A stretch of 50,378 nucleotides of DNA from Promethearchaeota archaeon (GCA_048937405.1 JBHLNF010000018.1:1-50378); one strand, 5' to 3'. Shown: positions 19,127 through 29,779, numbered from the stretch's first letter. The notes: generated from the letters alone by a model not told the origin. Numbers and translations are program-made.

Positions 19127-20311
19127 ATGAGTTTAAAATTTACCGAAGAACAAGATATGATACGGGAAAGTGTTAGAGAATTTGCTCAGAGTAAAATTGC
19201 ACCAATAGCTCTTCAAATGGAACAAACTAAGGAAATTCCTAGAGATGTTGTTAAAGGAATGGCAGAATTAGGACTTATGACCTGTACTGCAGATGAAAAA
19301 TATGGTGGCCCTGGGTTAGATGCGGTGAGTGCGGGAGTAATTGCTGAAGAATTAGCAAGAGCAGATTGTACAGGATCCACTTGTGTATACTATTTAGTCC
19401 CTGCATCTTGGGGTTTCCTTTTAAATAAATATGGAACGGAAGAGGCAAAACAAGAAATATTTCCAAAAACAGTTTCAGGAGAGTGGTTCCTTGGAATTGC
19501 CACAACAGAAAGTGATGCTGGTTCTGATGTTGGTGGTACTAAAACAACAATAAAGCCAGATGGAGATGGATTTGTGGTAAATGGTGAAAAGATGTATATA
19601 AGTGGAGTAAGAGAGGCAGCTACTTATGGTGGAGGACATATCACCATCGCACATCAATCTCAAGAACTAGGAACAAGAGGAATGACATGTTTCTATTTAC
19701 CTTTAACAGCTGAAGGAATTACACCTACCTATGTTGATGATTTGGGTAGAGAAGGGATCTCCTGTGGAGGCTTCTCGATAGACAATGTAAAAATCCCAAA
19801 ACATTACATTCTAGGAGAAGAAAAAAGAGGATTTTATATACTTCATGAAGGATACGAATATGCAAGAGCTTTAATTTCTGTTATTTGTGCTTCTGCTGGC
19901 TTAAAATCTCTTGAAAATGGAATGACTTATATACAGGAAAGAAAGTCTTTTGGAAAACCATTAGCACAATACCAAGAAATTAACTTTAGATTAGCTGAGC
20001 ATTACACGAAATTGAACATGTTAAGGGATTTGGGCTATAAAGCATTAAAGACCATTGATTTAGAGCAAGAAGGAAAAGCTTCAAGATTTGAAACCAGCAA
20101 TATTGTGGCTCAAGCGAAGATGTTCTGTTCAGATTGGGCTTGCGACGCAATAAATGATGTTATGCAATGGCAAGGTGCTTTTGGATATTCACGAGAATGT
20201 CCTGATCAGGCAGCATGGAGAGCTGTTAGATCCTTTTCACTTGCGGAAGGAACTAAGGAAGTAATGAAAATGATTGTAGCAAGAGAGCTATTGGGTAAGA
20301 AACAATATTAA
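19127..20311 (+). CDS. Acyl-CoA dehydrogenase
   Basis: TESDAGSD, VNGEKMYISG, ERKSFGKPL, QWQGAFGY, AEGTKEV. Confidence 0.95.
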   Translation: MSLKFTEEQDMIRESVREFAQSKIAPIALQMEQTKEIPRDVVKGMAELGLMTCTADEKYGGPGLDAVSAGVIAEELARADCTGSTCVYYLVPASWGFLLNKYGTEEAKQEIFPKTVSGEWFLGIATTESDAGSDVGGTKTTIKPDGDGFVVNGEKMYISGVREAATYGGGHITIAHQSQELGTRGMTCFYLPLTAEGITPTYVDDLGREGISCGGFSIDNVKIPKHYILGEEKRGFYILHEGYEYARALISVICASAGLKSLENGMTYIQERKSFGKPLAQYQEINFRLAEHYTKLNMLRDLGYKALKTIDLEQEGKASRFETSNIVAQAKMFCSDWACDAINDVMQWQGAFGYSRECPDQAAWRAVRSFSLAEGTKEVMKMIVARELLGKKQY

Positions 20312-20313
20312 AA

Positions 20314-20343
20314 TTCTTATTTTCTCTTTTTATTTTATTTTTT
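20314..20343 (+). terminator. Oligo-T archaeal-type terminator candidate
   Basis: T-rich tract immediately after the acyl-CoA dehydrogenase stop. Confidence 0.35.
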
Positions 20344-20506
20344 AAACAATTGTAAATCCATCAATTAAAGCAAAAGAAAAAAAATTATTAAATCTCAATC
20401 TTCTTTTTTTTTAAGAAATTCAATTGTAGCTAAAAATAATAATAATTAACTTTTTTTTCAATTTTTAATATCCTTATTTAACTCTTTAAAGATAAATTGT
20501 GAAACT

Positions 20507-21295
20507 ATGAAATTTATAGTATGTGTAAAACAGGTTCCAGATACAACTGAGGTAAAAATAGATCCTGAGACTAACACTTTGATAAGAGAGGGTGTTCCTA
20601 GCATTTTAAATCCATTTGATCAATTTGCACTTGAAGAGGCTATTAAAATTAAGCAAGAAGGTGATGAGATTATTGCTATTTCTATGGGACCACCTCAAGC
20701 TAAAAAGGCTCTACTGAAATGTCTAGCATTAGGAGCAGATAAGGCAATTTTACTAAGTGATAAAGCGTTTGCTGGTGCTGACACTTGGGCAACATCTTAT
20801 ACTTTGACTCAATGTATCAAAAAGATTGGTAACTTTAATATTATTTTCTGTGGTTTGCAAGCTATTGACGGAGATACTGCTCAAGTGGGTCCAGAAATCG
20901 CAGCTCAATTAGGTATTCCTCAAATAACTTATGTGGAAAGTGTTGAAAAATTAGAGGGAAAAAAATTAACAGCTAAAGTTCAAACAGATGATGGATACAA
21001 AATTGTAGAAGCAAAACTTCCAGTACTCATAACTGGAATAACGCCTTCTTCATTTGAGCCTAGTAATCCTCCTATGATGAGTATAATGAAAGCAAACAAA
21101 AAACCTTTTTCTAATTGGAATGCTGATGATCTTGGAGGTAATAAAGATGATTATGGATTAAATGGTTCATTAACAGAAGTTATTAAGGTTTATTCCCCTC
21201 CAGCACGACAGCAAGGTGTTGTTATTGATGAGGAAACACCTGAAAAGGCGGTTCAAAAATTAATTGAATTATTCTCTAAAGATAAGGTGATTTAA
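20507..21295 (+). CDS. etfB: Electron transfer flavoprotein beta subunit (FixA family)
   Basis: VCVKQVPDT, NPFD, SMGP, GADTWAT, CGLQAIDGDTAQV. Confidence 0.96.
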   Translation: MKFIVCVKQVPDTTEVKIDPETNTLIREGVPSILNPFDQFALEEAIKIKQEGDEIIAISMGPPQAKKALLKCLALGADKAILLSDKAFAGADTWATSYTLTQCIKKIGNFNIIFCGLQAIDGDTAQVGPEIAAQLGIPQITYVESVEKLEGKKLTAKVQTDDGYKIVEAKLPVLITGITPSSFEPSNPPMMSIMKANKKPFSNWNADDLGGNKDDYGLNGSLTEVIKVYSPPARQQGVVIDEETPEKAVQKLIELFSKDKVI

Positions 21296-21296
21296 T

Positions 21297-22490
21297 CTGA
21301 TAAATGTAGATAAGGAAAAATGTACTGGATGCGGACTCTGTGAGAAAGTATGTCCATTTGGAGCGATTATAATTGTAGATAAAATTGCACAAATAGGAGA
21401 TGAATGTACTCTTTGTGGTGCTTGTGTCGATCAATGCAATGTAGGAGCAATTACTACACAAAGGAAAAAAATTGAAGAAATTGATTTATCAAAATATCAA
21501 GATGTATGGATAGTCGCTGAGATTAAAGATGAAAAAATTAGAAATGTATCATTTGAATTATTAGGTAAAGCAAAAGAACTTGCAAATGAATTAAATCAAA
21601 TGACTTGCGTATTACTTTTAGGAAATAATGTCAAAAGATTCGCTAAAGATTTTTCAAAACGTGGAGTTAATAAAATATATATTGCAGAACATGAAGCTCT
21701 AAAAGAATATAATACTGAAACTTATTCATCTGTAATAACTGGAATAATTTCGAAATATAACCCAAATATTGTATTGTATCCAGCAACCATTAATGGAAGA
21801 GATTTAGCTCCACGAGTAGCGGCAACTCTAAAATTAGGACTAACAGCAGATTGCACTGGTCTTTCTATACGAGATAGTCTGTTATTACAGACAAGACCAG
21901 CATTTGGAGGCAATATCATGGCTGATATTATTTGTCCTATAACACGACCGCAAATGGCAACAGTTAGACCCAATGTTATGGAATCAGCGCCTATTCAAGA
22001 AGAAAATAAAGCAGAAATTATCGAAGTATCTATTAATCTAGAACTTAAAAATTTAAAGGTAAAAACAATAGAAATTATCAGTGGGACTACTATGGAATGT
22101 GGGATTCCAGTTTGTGAAGCAGATACTATCGTATCTGGTGGAAGAGGAGTTGGAAGTAAAGAGAATTTTAAACTAATCGAGGGCCTAGCTAAAGTATTAA
22201 ATGCTGCTGTTGGAGCAAGTAGAGCTGCTGTCGATTTGGGGTGGATTCCAAAATCACAGCAGGTAGGACAAAGTGGAAATACAGTATCTCCAAGGATTTA
22301 TATTGCCTGTGGAATATCAGGAACAATCCAACATTTAGTTGGAATGAAAAGTAGCGATATAATAATCGCAATTAATAAAGATCCTGAAGCTCCAATTTTC
22401 CAATTTGCAAACTATGGAATTGTTGGTGATCTATGTGAAATTTTACCTCTATTAACTAAAGCTTTAGAGGAAAAATTAAATGAAAATTAA
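21297..22490 (+). CDS. etfA: Electron transfer flavoprotein alpha subunit with N-terminal 2x[4Fe-4S] ferredoxin domain; probable CTG start
   Basis: Frame open 101 codons upstream of the ORF-track ATG (21600), encoding CTGCGLCEKVCP and CTLCGACVDQC; GLTADCT, QTRPAFGGN, QVGQSG, ACGISG. Confidence 0.92.
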   Translation: MINVDKEKCTGCGLCEKVCPFGAIIIVDKIAQIGDECTLCGACVDQCNVGAITTQRKKIEEIDLSKYQDVWIVAEIKDEKIRNVSFELLGKAKELANELNQMTCVLLLGNNVKRFAKDFSKRGVNKIYIAEHEALKEYNTETYSSVITGIISKYNPNIVLYPATINGRDLAPRVAATLKLGLTADCTGLSIRDSLLLQTRPAFGGNIMADIICPITRPQMATVRPNVMESAPIQEENKAEIIEVSINLELKNLKVKTIEIISGTTMECGIPVCEADTIVSGGRGVGSKENFKLIEGLAKVLNAAVGASRAAVDLGWIPKSQQVGQSGNTVSPRIYIACGISGTIQHLVGMKSSDIIIAINKDPEAPIFQFANYGIVGDLCEILPLLTKALEEKLNEN

Positions 22491-22546
22491 TACTAAAAAA
22501 GACCTTCATTTAGTTCTTTAGTTTAATTAAAAATTATAGTTACATT

Positions 22547-22963
22547 TTATCTATTAACGAGCTGGATACAACCTGTAGGACATACAATCATACATGAAGG
22601 ATTTTTTTTCTCTTCTAGTTTTTTGATGCATAGATCGCACTTTATAGCTACCTCTTGAATATTATCAAATTGCATAGCTTCATAATTACATGCCTTGATA
22701 CATTCTTTACATCCAATGCACAATTCACTATCAATTAAAACTATACCTTGTTCATTTATTGATATCGCCTCTACAGAACAAACTTCCTTACAAGGAGGAT
22801 TTTCACAATGATGACAGTATATAGGAATGAAATCAGGAGATTGCTCAATCACTTGCACCAATCTTGGACCGATACCTAGTTTGTGCTCTTGTTTACATGC
22901 TATTTCACAGGCATGACAACCCATGCAATTTTCCTTATTAATTATTAATGATATCTTTCCCAT
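22547..22963 (-). CDS. 4Fe-4S dicluster subunit (DmsB/FdhB-like)
   Basis: CMGCHACEIAC, CHHCENPPCKEVC, CIGCKECIKAC, KCDLC...CMIVCP. Confidence 0.92.
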   Translation of the reverse strand: MGKISLIINKENCMGCHACEIACKQEHKLGIGPRLVQVIEQSPDFIPIYCHHCENPPCKEVCSVEAISINEQGIVLIDSELCIGCKECIKACNYEAMQFDNIQEVAIKCDLCIKKLEEKKNPSCMIVCPTGCIQLVNR

Positions 22964-22973
22964 CTAGTTCATC

Positions 22974-25064
22974 TCAATCATTTTCACACTGATATATATT
23001 ACACAAGAGGACTCTTAGACTTGTTGCTCCCATTACTGGATCCATCGACTCATAGGAGTTATCTGTCAGTAAGTTTATGTTTGAAGTTTTCCATCCATGA
23101 TCAGAGCTCTTGATCTCTGGATACCACCAGCCATGTTCTGCTACGATCACTCTGGGATCTATTCCGCTATTCAATTTTGCCCGTTGCTTAACACGTCCTC
23201 GTGGTGATTCAATCCAAATCCACTCTCCTTCAGATATATTATGCTTTCTTGCTGTTTTGGGATGAATCTCAACAATTGGATCAGGTCTTATCTCTCTAAG
23301 CCATGGTATCATCCTGTTTTCAGAATGAAAAAAAGTAGGTGTCCTTAATCCAGCATTCAAAATATATGGAAACCTTTTAGCTAAATCTGGATTAGATATA
23401 TAACTTTCTGGTATCTCTTTATATTTTGGTAAGGGATCAAAACCCCATTTTTTAAGAATAGTCGAGTATAGCTCAACTTTTCTTGTAGGAGTGGAAAAAC
23501 CTTTTTCTTTGTATTTGTAATATTTCATATCTCCTTGAAGATATCCTTTTTCTTTAAATTCGTTCCAACTTAAACCTGATGGTTCGAGTAACCAGTTAAG
23601 GGAATCTTCCACGGTATCCCACCATTCTTGACCTAATTTTTTACCCAATTCCATGAAAATCTTATGATCCTGCCAACACTCACCAATTTCTACAACCTTT
23701 TTTCTTGCTAGGATATACCCATGATACTTCCAATTTTCTGAAACGTGATCTTGCTCAAGCCAAGTACCAGCAGGAAGAAAAATATCAGCCAGTTCTGCAG
23801 TTGGTGTTAGGAAAAAATCTGATACAGCAAGAAAGTCGAGATTCTTTAATGCCTTGTAAACTTCCTTTGCGTTCGCTCTTGAAACCACAGGATTGGTTCC
23901 GACAAGAAATCCTGCTTTTACAGGATAAGGGTTTTCATTCAATATAGCATCCCATGCACATTTAGGTGTGATGATAGTCATTCTATCAGCAAGTTTATAT
24001 TGATCTCCCCCAAGACGTTTCTTTTTCTGTACGATAGGTAATGCACTATTAGCAGAAAATTCAGATATTTTTCTAACAGGGGGAGGTTGGTAAAAAACAT
24101 TACCACCAGGGATATCAAGATTGCCAGTAGCTGCCATAAGACCTATCGCGGTTCTTGTGAAATCTGTACAATTGATATTCTGTTCTGTTGGTACACCCCA
24201 ATGAATTACAGCTGGTTTAATAGTGGCATACTCTCTAGCAGCATTTTGGATTAATTCTTGATCAATCCATGTTATCTTTTCCACACGATTGAGAGGGTAA
24301 TCTGTCATAACTCTTTCAATAAATTCATTCCAACCGTGGATATAATGTTCTACAAACTCCTTATCGTATAGTTCTTCTTCAATAATCACTCTAAAAAATC
24401 CTAAAGCTAGTGCTGTATCTGTTCCTGGACGGATCTGAAGCCATTGATCTGCCTTTTTAGCTAAGAAACCTTTTCTTGGATCTATTACAATCAGCTTAGT
24501 ACCCTTTTCATAAGCCCGCCAGAAACTTATACCCTTGTATTCATCTGGATTGGTCCATAGAGGATTACAGCCCCATATAATAATACACTTGGGATTATTT
24601 GCATAGTCACATACTGGAAGTCTTCCACATATGGTTAAACTAGCGCCGATCCGTGATAGATAACACATATGTCCCGCTGTAAGCAAATTTGGGGTCCCTA
24701 ATAAGTTTCCAAATCGGGAAAAATGACTCTCATAATCCCGACCAGTCCCCTGACCAATAATAATAGCTTCGGGACCAAATTTCTTGATCACTTCGTTGAA
24801 TTTTTCGGTTATCGTGTCTAAAGCTTCTTCCCAAGAAATTCTCTGCCAATCTCTCCCAATTTTTTTCATCGGAAAAAGGATCCGGTCTGGATGATATGCT
24901 AGTTGTGTGATTGCTAAGCCTTTACTGCACATAGATCCATAACTTATAGGCGATTCAGGATCCCCTTCCACCTTTATCACTTTATCATTTTTTACATGAG
25001 CGATAACTCCACATCCACCATGACAACCTCGACAAACAGTCCTAATCTTCTCAACTTTTTCCAT
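22974..25064 (-). CDS. Mo/W-bis-MGD oxidoreductase catalytic subunit, acetylene-hydratase-like clade
   Basis: CRGCHGGC...CSKG FeS motif, GTPNLLTAGHMC, IRPGTD, TPTAELAD, FFHSE, VEIHP; no Tat signal. Confidence 0.9.
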   Translation of the reverse strand: MEKVEKIRTVCRGCHGGCGVIAHVKNDKVIKVEGDPESPISYGSMCSKGLAITQLAYHPDRILFPMKKIGRDWQRISWEEALDTITEKFNEVIKKFGPEAIIIGQGTGRDYESHFSRFGNLLGTPNLLTAGHMCYLSRIGASLTICGRLPVCDYANNPKCIIIWGCNPLWTNPDEYKGISFWRAYEKGTKLIVIDPRKGFLAKKADQWLQIRPGTDTALALGFFRVIIEEELYDKEFVEHYIHGWNEFIERVMTDYPLNRVEKITWIDQELIQNAAREYATIKPAVIHWGVPTEQNINCTDFTRTAIGLMAATGNLDIPGGNVFYQPPPVRKISEFSANSALPIVQKKKRLGGDQYKLADRMTIITPKCAWDAILNENPYPVKAGFLVGTNPVVSRANAKEVYKALKNLDFLAVSDFFLTPTAELADIFLPAGTWLEQDHVSENWKYHGYILARKKVVEIGECWQDHKIFMELGKKLGQEWWDTVEDSLNWLLEPSGLSWNEFKEKGYLQGDMKYYKYKEKGFSTPTRKVELYSTILKKWGFDPLPKYKEIPESYISNPDLAKRFPYILNAGLRTPTFFHSENRMIPWLREIRPDPIVEIHPKTARKHNISEGEWIWIESPRGRVKQRAKLNSGIDPRVIVAEHGWWYPEIKSSDHGWKTSNINLLTDNSYESMDPVMGATSLRVLLCNIYQCEND

Positions 25065-25344
25065 TTTGCTTGTTTATTTAATATTTAAAATTAAAATTTT
25101 TATAACTTTTTCCTTTAATCTATTATAATTTTTCAACATTTTTATAACATAAAAATTCTGTTTTAAATTATACATAGTATTTCTCTGTCTAATTGATTTT
25201 TTAATGTTATTACATTTTTAAAAATTCTTACCAATTAAATTTATTGAAATATTATTAAAATGAGTGAAATAATTCCACCATAATTATATAATATTATTCA
25301 AACTCTTTTTCTGAATTTAATTAAATACATTTATATAAAACAAA

Positions 25345-26994
25345 GTGTTAATAGATTTCATGACAATTCTTAGTCGTATATTGGGTAAGAGATTGAAACT
25401 TCCACCGACCGAAACTCATAAAATCTTAGTTGAACGTGATATCAAGATTCCAATGCCCGATGGCGTTGATTTGTTGGCAGATCATTATTATCCTCTAGGG
25501 GAAAAGAAACCTCCTACTGTACTTGTCCGTTCACCCTACGGTAGACGTATCGTTTTTGGTCTTCTATTCGGTCGATTCTTTGCAGAACGCGGATTTCAAG
25601 TACTGATACAGAGTTGCCGGGGAACCTTTGGTTCGGGTGGTAAATTTTATCCATTCGTAAATGAGCATAACGATGGTATCGCTACCATTGAATGGATCAA
25701 AAATCAAGATTGGTTCTCCGGTGAACTTGTCACAAATGGCCTTAGTTATCTCGGCTATGTCCAATGGACAGTAGTACATGAAGCTGGATCTATACTAAAA
25801 GCGATGGCTACTCAAGTTTGCAGCTCTGATTTTGGTTATATGCACTATCCTGGGGGATCTTTTTCATTCCATGGTGCCCTTTCTTGGATTGTGATGACTG
25901 CTATTCAGCAAAGTTCGAGCTTCCTCAAGAGCATGTTATATAATCCATATAAAAAAATCAAACCTGTTATAAATCACCTTCCCTTACAAGATGCCGTTGA
26001 ACTCACAATTGGGAAATCAGTACCTCATTGGCAGGATTGGCTTGAACACAATAATCCTGAAGATGAATATTGGAAGCAGTCAGACTTTAGAAAAACATTA
26101 ACCGATGTATCCGTACCAGTCAATATGATTGGTGGATGGTATGATATCTTCCTTCCATGGCAACTCAGGGACTATACAGTTCTCCGTCAAGCAGGACATC
26201 AACCATTCCTCATGATCGGACCTTGGGTGCATGATGATATGTCTGTTATGGGAATGGCTGTACGTGAAACAATCACTTGGTTTCATGCTCATCTTAGTGG
26301 TGATTTGATGGAACTCCGGAAGGAACCTGTTAGACTCTTTATAATGGGGGCTAATGAATGGAGAAATTTCATGGATTGGCCACCATCAGGCTCTCAACTG
26401 CAACGTTGGCACCTTCAACCAAACAATGTTTTAGATCCTGAGACTTCTGAAGAATCCGAACCTGATCATTATCGTTATGATCCTAGTGACCCTACACCTT
26501 CAGTGGGCGGTACATTTCTTGGTCCAAATTCAGGTCCCCAAAAGAATAATGCTCTAGAATCTAGATCGGATGTACTTGTATATACAAGTGCTAAACTTAA
26601 ACAAGATCTAGAGGTTATTGGCCATATACAAGCTGAGCTCTATATCCATTCCAGCCTCGAATATACAGACTTTTTTGCACGCCTATGTGACGTTAATCCC
26701 TCGGGTAGGTCTATTAATATTTGCGACGGAATAATCCGCTTAACACCAGGAAAATATATACGGGAATCTGATGGCTCTATCAAGATAAATATTAACCTTT
26801 GGCCAACTGCATATCGTTTCCTTTATAAGCATCGTATACGACTTCAAGTATCGAGTGGTGCTCACCCACGTTTTTTACGTAATTTTGGTACTGGAGAACC
26901 ATTAGCAACCGCAACAAAACTCATTATTGCCGATCAAACTATATATCACGATCCCATTCATCCATCCGCGATTATCCTCCCAGTTATGAAATGA
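25345..26994 (+). CDS. CocE/NonD (peptidase S15) family hydrolase; likely start ATG at 25360
   Basis: IPMPDGVDLLAD, RSPYG, CRGTFGSGG, GLSYLG nucleophile, GGWYD, IGPWVH, YDPSDPTP. Confidence 0.93.
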   Translation: MLIDFMTILSRILGKRLKLPPTETHKILVERDIKIPMPDGVDLLADHYYPLGEKKPPTVLVRSPYGRRIVFGLLFGRFFAERGFQVLIQSCRGTFGSGGKFYPFVNEHNDGIATIEWIKNQDWFSGELVTNGLSYLGYVQWTVVHEAGSILKAMATQVCSSDFGYMHYPGGSFSFHGALSWIVMTAIQQSSSFLKSMLYNPYKKIKPVINHLPLQDAVELTIGKSVPHWQDWLEHNNPEDEYWKQSDFRKTLTDVSVPVNMIGGWYDIFLPWQLRDYTVLRQAGHQPFLMIGPWVHDDMSVMGMAVRETITWFHAHLSGDLMELRKEPVRLFIMGANEWRNFMDWPPSGSQLQRWHLQPNNVLDPETSEESEPDHYRYDPSDPTPSVGGTFLGPNSGPQKNNALESRSDVLVYTSAKLKQDLEVIGHIQAELYIHSSLEYTDFFARLCDVNPSGRSINICDGIIRLTPGKYIRESDGSIKININLWPTAYRFLYKHRIRLQVSSGAHPRFLRNFGTGEPLATATKLIIADQTIYHDPIHPSAIILPVMK

Positions 26995-27039
26995 TTCTCA
27001 TCTAATAGATTGAAAAAATTAAAAATTAAAGAACATATT

Positions 27040-28713
27040 TTATTTCTTACTTTTTCCTTCATTTTCTCTGAGTCTTCTTCTTAAAATCTTTCCAGCAGGA
27101 CTTTTTGGTAAGTTATTTACAAATTCTATAATTCTAGGATAACAATAAGCTGCTATTTTTTCTTTACTCCAATTAATAATTTCCTGCTTGCTAATCTTAT
27201 CTTTATATTCATTTTGGAGAACAATACAAGCTTTTATATCCTCACCTTTGATAGGATCTTGTACCCCAATTACACAACACTCTAAAATAGCAGGATGCTC
27301 ATATAAAACCTCTTCAACCTCTCTAGGATAAACGCTGTGTCCTTTATATTTTATCATATCTTTGATTCGATCTAAAATATAGATATATCCTGCTTCATCA
27401 ATTTTGGCAAGATCACCAGTTCTTAACCATCTACAACCACCCTCCTCAAAAAACACCTCTTTATTTTCTTCAGGTCTATTATGATACCCCACCATTACTT
27501 GAGGTCCTGAAACAACTAATTCACCAGGACTTTCAAAAGGTAGAAATTCCAATCTTTCATTAATGATACCTACCAAAGTGTTAGGTAATGGATGACCACA
27601 GCTTCCAGGCTTTTTCTTTGCCCAAGGTGGAGAAATAGCAACACCCGGGCTAGCTTCAGTGAGTCCATAACCTTCTCCCATAGCAAATCCTGTTCTTTTT
27701 TCCCATTCTTTTGCTGCTTCAATTGGCATTGGAGTGGCTCCTACATGAGTAGATTTCAAACATGAAATATCCACATTTTCTTTTAAAGATGAATTTAAGA
27801 GATTAATATACATGGTAGGTACACCAAACAATGAATTTGGTCTATAATTCTTTAATATTTCAAAGATTTTTTCTAAATTAAAACCATTTAAAACAAATGC
27901 TTTCGACCCAATAAAAAGAGCAGAAACTAATTCCACTATTTGACCAAAAATATGATACCATGGGAGAACAAAGATAGAAACTAAATCTTCCTTAAGAAAT
28001 TTATCTTTAAGATATTCATTAACTTGTCTGAATTGTAGACTATTAGCTACTAAATTAAAATGTGATAAGCATGCCCCCTTTGGATGACCTGTTGTTCCGC
28101 CAGTATATTGAATAACCGCAATATCGTTTTTTGGATTAAATTTAACTTCTGGTATAGGAATTGGTTCAGGATTTTGATCTAGTAAAGTATTAAAATAAAT
28201 TATTTTTTTAGGTTTAGTTTTAATGGGAGTCTCATCCTTAAGGTTGACTAGAATTACTTTTTCTAAGGTTAATTGATCTTCGGCTTTTTTAAATTCATTG
28301 AAAAGACTATCAATCATTACAAGATATTTAGCACCTGAATCTCTAATTTGATAAGCTGCCTCTCTCGCTATATATAATGGGCTAATAGCTGTCACTGTTC
28401 CTCCTATATTCAATACAGCAAAATAGCTTATGATGAAATGTGGACAATTTGTTAGCCATAAAGCCGCAACATCTCCTTTCTTTACCCCTAATTTTAATAA
28501 TATATTGCTAAATCTTAACGTTAGTTCTTGTATATGTTTATAGGTATATTCTTTGTTATCATACACTATAAAAGTTTTATTCTTATACTCTTCAGTATAT
28601 TTTTCAAATAAATCACATAAAGAGATATCTTCAGGTATTTCTACTTCTAAAGTAACTCCCTTAGGTAAATAATCTTTCCAATATCCTTTTTTAATATAAT
28701 CTGGTACATTCAT
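27040..28713 (-). CDS. Long-chain fatty acid--CoA ligase (AMP-binding)
   Basis: YTGGTTGHPKG, GYGLTE, RTGD, DRIKDMIK, PKSPAGKI. Confidence 0.93.
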   Translation of the reverse strand: MNVPDYIKKGYWKDYLPKGVTLEVEIPEDISLCDLFEKYTEEYKNKTFIVYDNKEYTYKHIQELTLRFSNILLKLGVKKGDVAALWLTNCPHFIISYFAVLNIGGTVTAISPLYIAREAAYQIRDSGAKYLVMIDSLFNEFKKAEDQLTLEKVILVNLKDETPIKTKPKKIIYFNTLLDQNPEPIPIPEVKFNPKNDIAVIQYTGGTTGHPKGACLSHFNLVANSLQFRQVNEYLKDKFLKEDLVSIFVLPWYHIFGQIVELVSALFIGSKAFVLNGFNLEKIFEILKNYRPNSLFGVPTMYINLLNSSLKENVDISCLKSTHVGATPMPIEAAKEWEKRTGFAMGEGYGLTEASPGVAISPPWAKKKPGSCGHPLPNTLVGIINERLEFLPFESPGELVVSGPQVMVGYHNRPEENKEVFFEEGGCRWLRTGDLAKIDEAGYIYILDRIKDMIKYKGHSVYPREVEEVLYEHPAILECCVIGVQDPIKGEDIKACIVLQNEYKDKISKQEIINWSKEKIAAYCYPRIIEFVNNLPKSPAGKILRRRLRENEGKSKK

Positions 28714-28732
28714 ACTTTTTCATTTCTTTATT

Positions 28733-29779
28733 CTATTTTTGACATAATATGATAATTCTGATTCCTTCTCCTCGACGCATTACATCAAAGGCTTCATTAA
28801 TTTCCGAAAGTGGAAATTTATGAGTAATTAAAGGTTTTACTTGAAGTGACCCATTTTTCACTAAGTTAATAATATGGGGATAATCGACAGGACGACAACC
28901 AAGACTACCCATTATTTCCATTTCTCGAAACATTACACGACCAATATCAAAACCATCCCAACGCTGGGGTGAATATCCCACGGCAACTAGACGACCTCCA
29001 GTTCGTAAACTATTAAATGCTTGTTTCATAGTTGAGGGATGCCCTATAGCTTCAAAAGCTATATCTGCACCTCCTCCTGTTATTTTTCTAATAGTACTGA
29101 CAATTTCCCGTTCATTCATATCTTTTGCTAAAACAGTTTCTACAGCTCCAATTTGCTTAGCAACTTCTAATTTTTTTGGTAGAATATCAACAGCTATAGG
29201 TAAACCTCCAGCTACTTTTATATTTTGAACAACATTTAATCCAATTCCTCCACAACCAATCACCACCGCCCAATCACCAGGTCTTACTTGACCCCGATTT
29301 TTAACAGCATGGTAAGGTGTCGAAATTGCATCTGAAATTATACAACTTTCTTCTAAGGATATTTCACTCGGCAGGTGAATTACATCTTTTATAGGAACTT
29401 TTATCTGTTCTGCAAATCCCCCATCAATATGGTTTCCAAGCATTATTTGATTAAGACAAATATTTTCTCTTCCTGTCCTACAATTAAAACAATATCCACA
29501 GGAAAGCACAGCAGGTATAATAACATGGTCACCCACCTTGAAATTTTTTACATCCTTACTTACTTCTTTAATACATCCTGATATTTCATGACCTAAAATA
29601 AGAGGTGGTTTTTTAGCTGTCGGGACTCCTAATTCAAGATAACCAAAATCAGTATGACAAACTCCACATGCTTCAACCTCTATTATAGCTTTACCAAATT
29701 CTCCAGAAATAATAGGATCAGGATAATTATTATCTATTTTTAAAGGTTCCTTGATATTTTCAAAAATTGCTGCTTTCAA
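28733..29779 (-). CDS. Zn-dependent MDR dehydrogenase resembling 6-hydroxycyclohex-1-ene-1-carbonyl-CoA dehydrogenase (Had)
   Basis: CGVCHTDFGY...PLILGHEISG, PAVLSCGYCFNC...C...GNHIDGGFA, DAISTPYHA, GCGGIG; TTG start. Confidence 0.8.
   Translation of the reverse strand: MKAAIFENIKEPLKIDNNYPDPIISGEFGKAIIEVEACGVCHTDFGYLELGVPTAKKPPLILGHEISGCIKEVSKDVKNFKVGDHVIIPAVLSCGYCFNCRTGRENICLNQIMLGNHIDGGFAEQIKVPIKDVIHLPSEISLEESCIISDAISTPYHAVKNRGQVRPGDWAVVIGCGGIGLNVVQNIKVAGGLPIAVDILPKKLEVAKQIGAVETVLAKDMNEREIVSTIRKITGGGADIAFEAIGHPSTMKQAFNSLRTGGRLVAVGYSPQRWDGFDIGRVMFREMEIMGSLGCRPVDYPHIINLVKNGSLQVKPLITHKFPLSEINEAFDVMRRGEGIRIIILCQK

Noticed and set aside
20507-22490. EtfB-EtfA fusion by frameshift or read-through
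   Set aside because: etfB ends at a normal length with TAA, and an SD-positioned CTG explains etfA more simply
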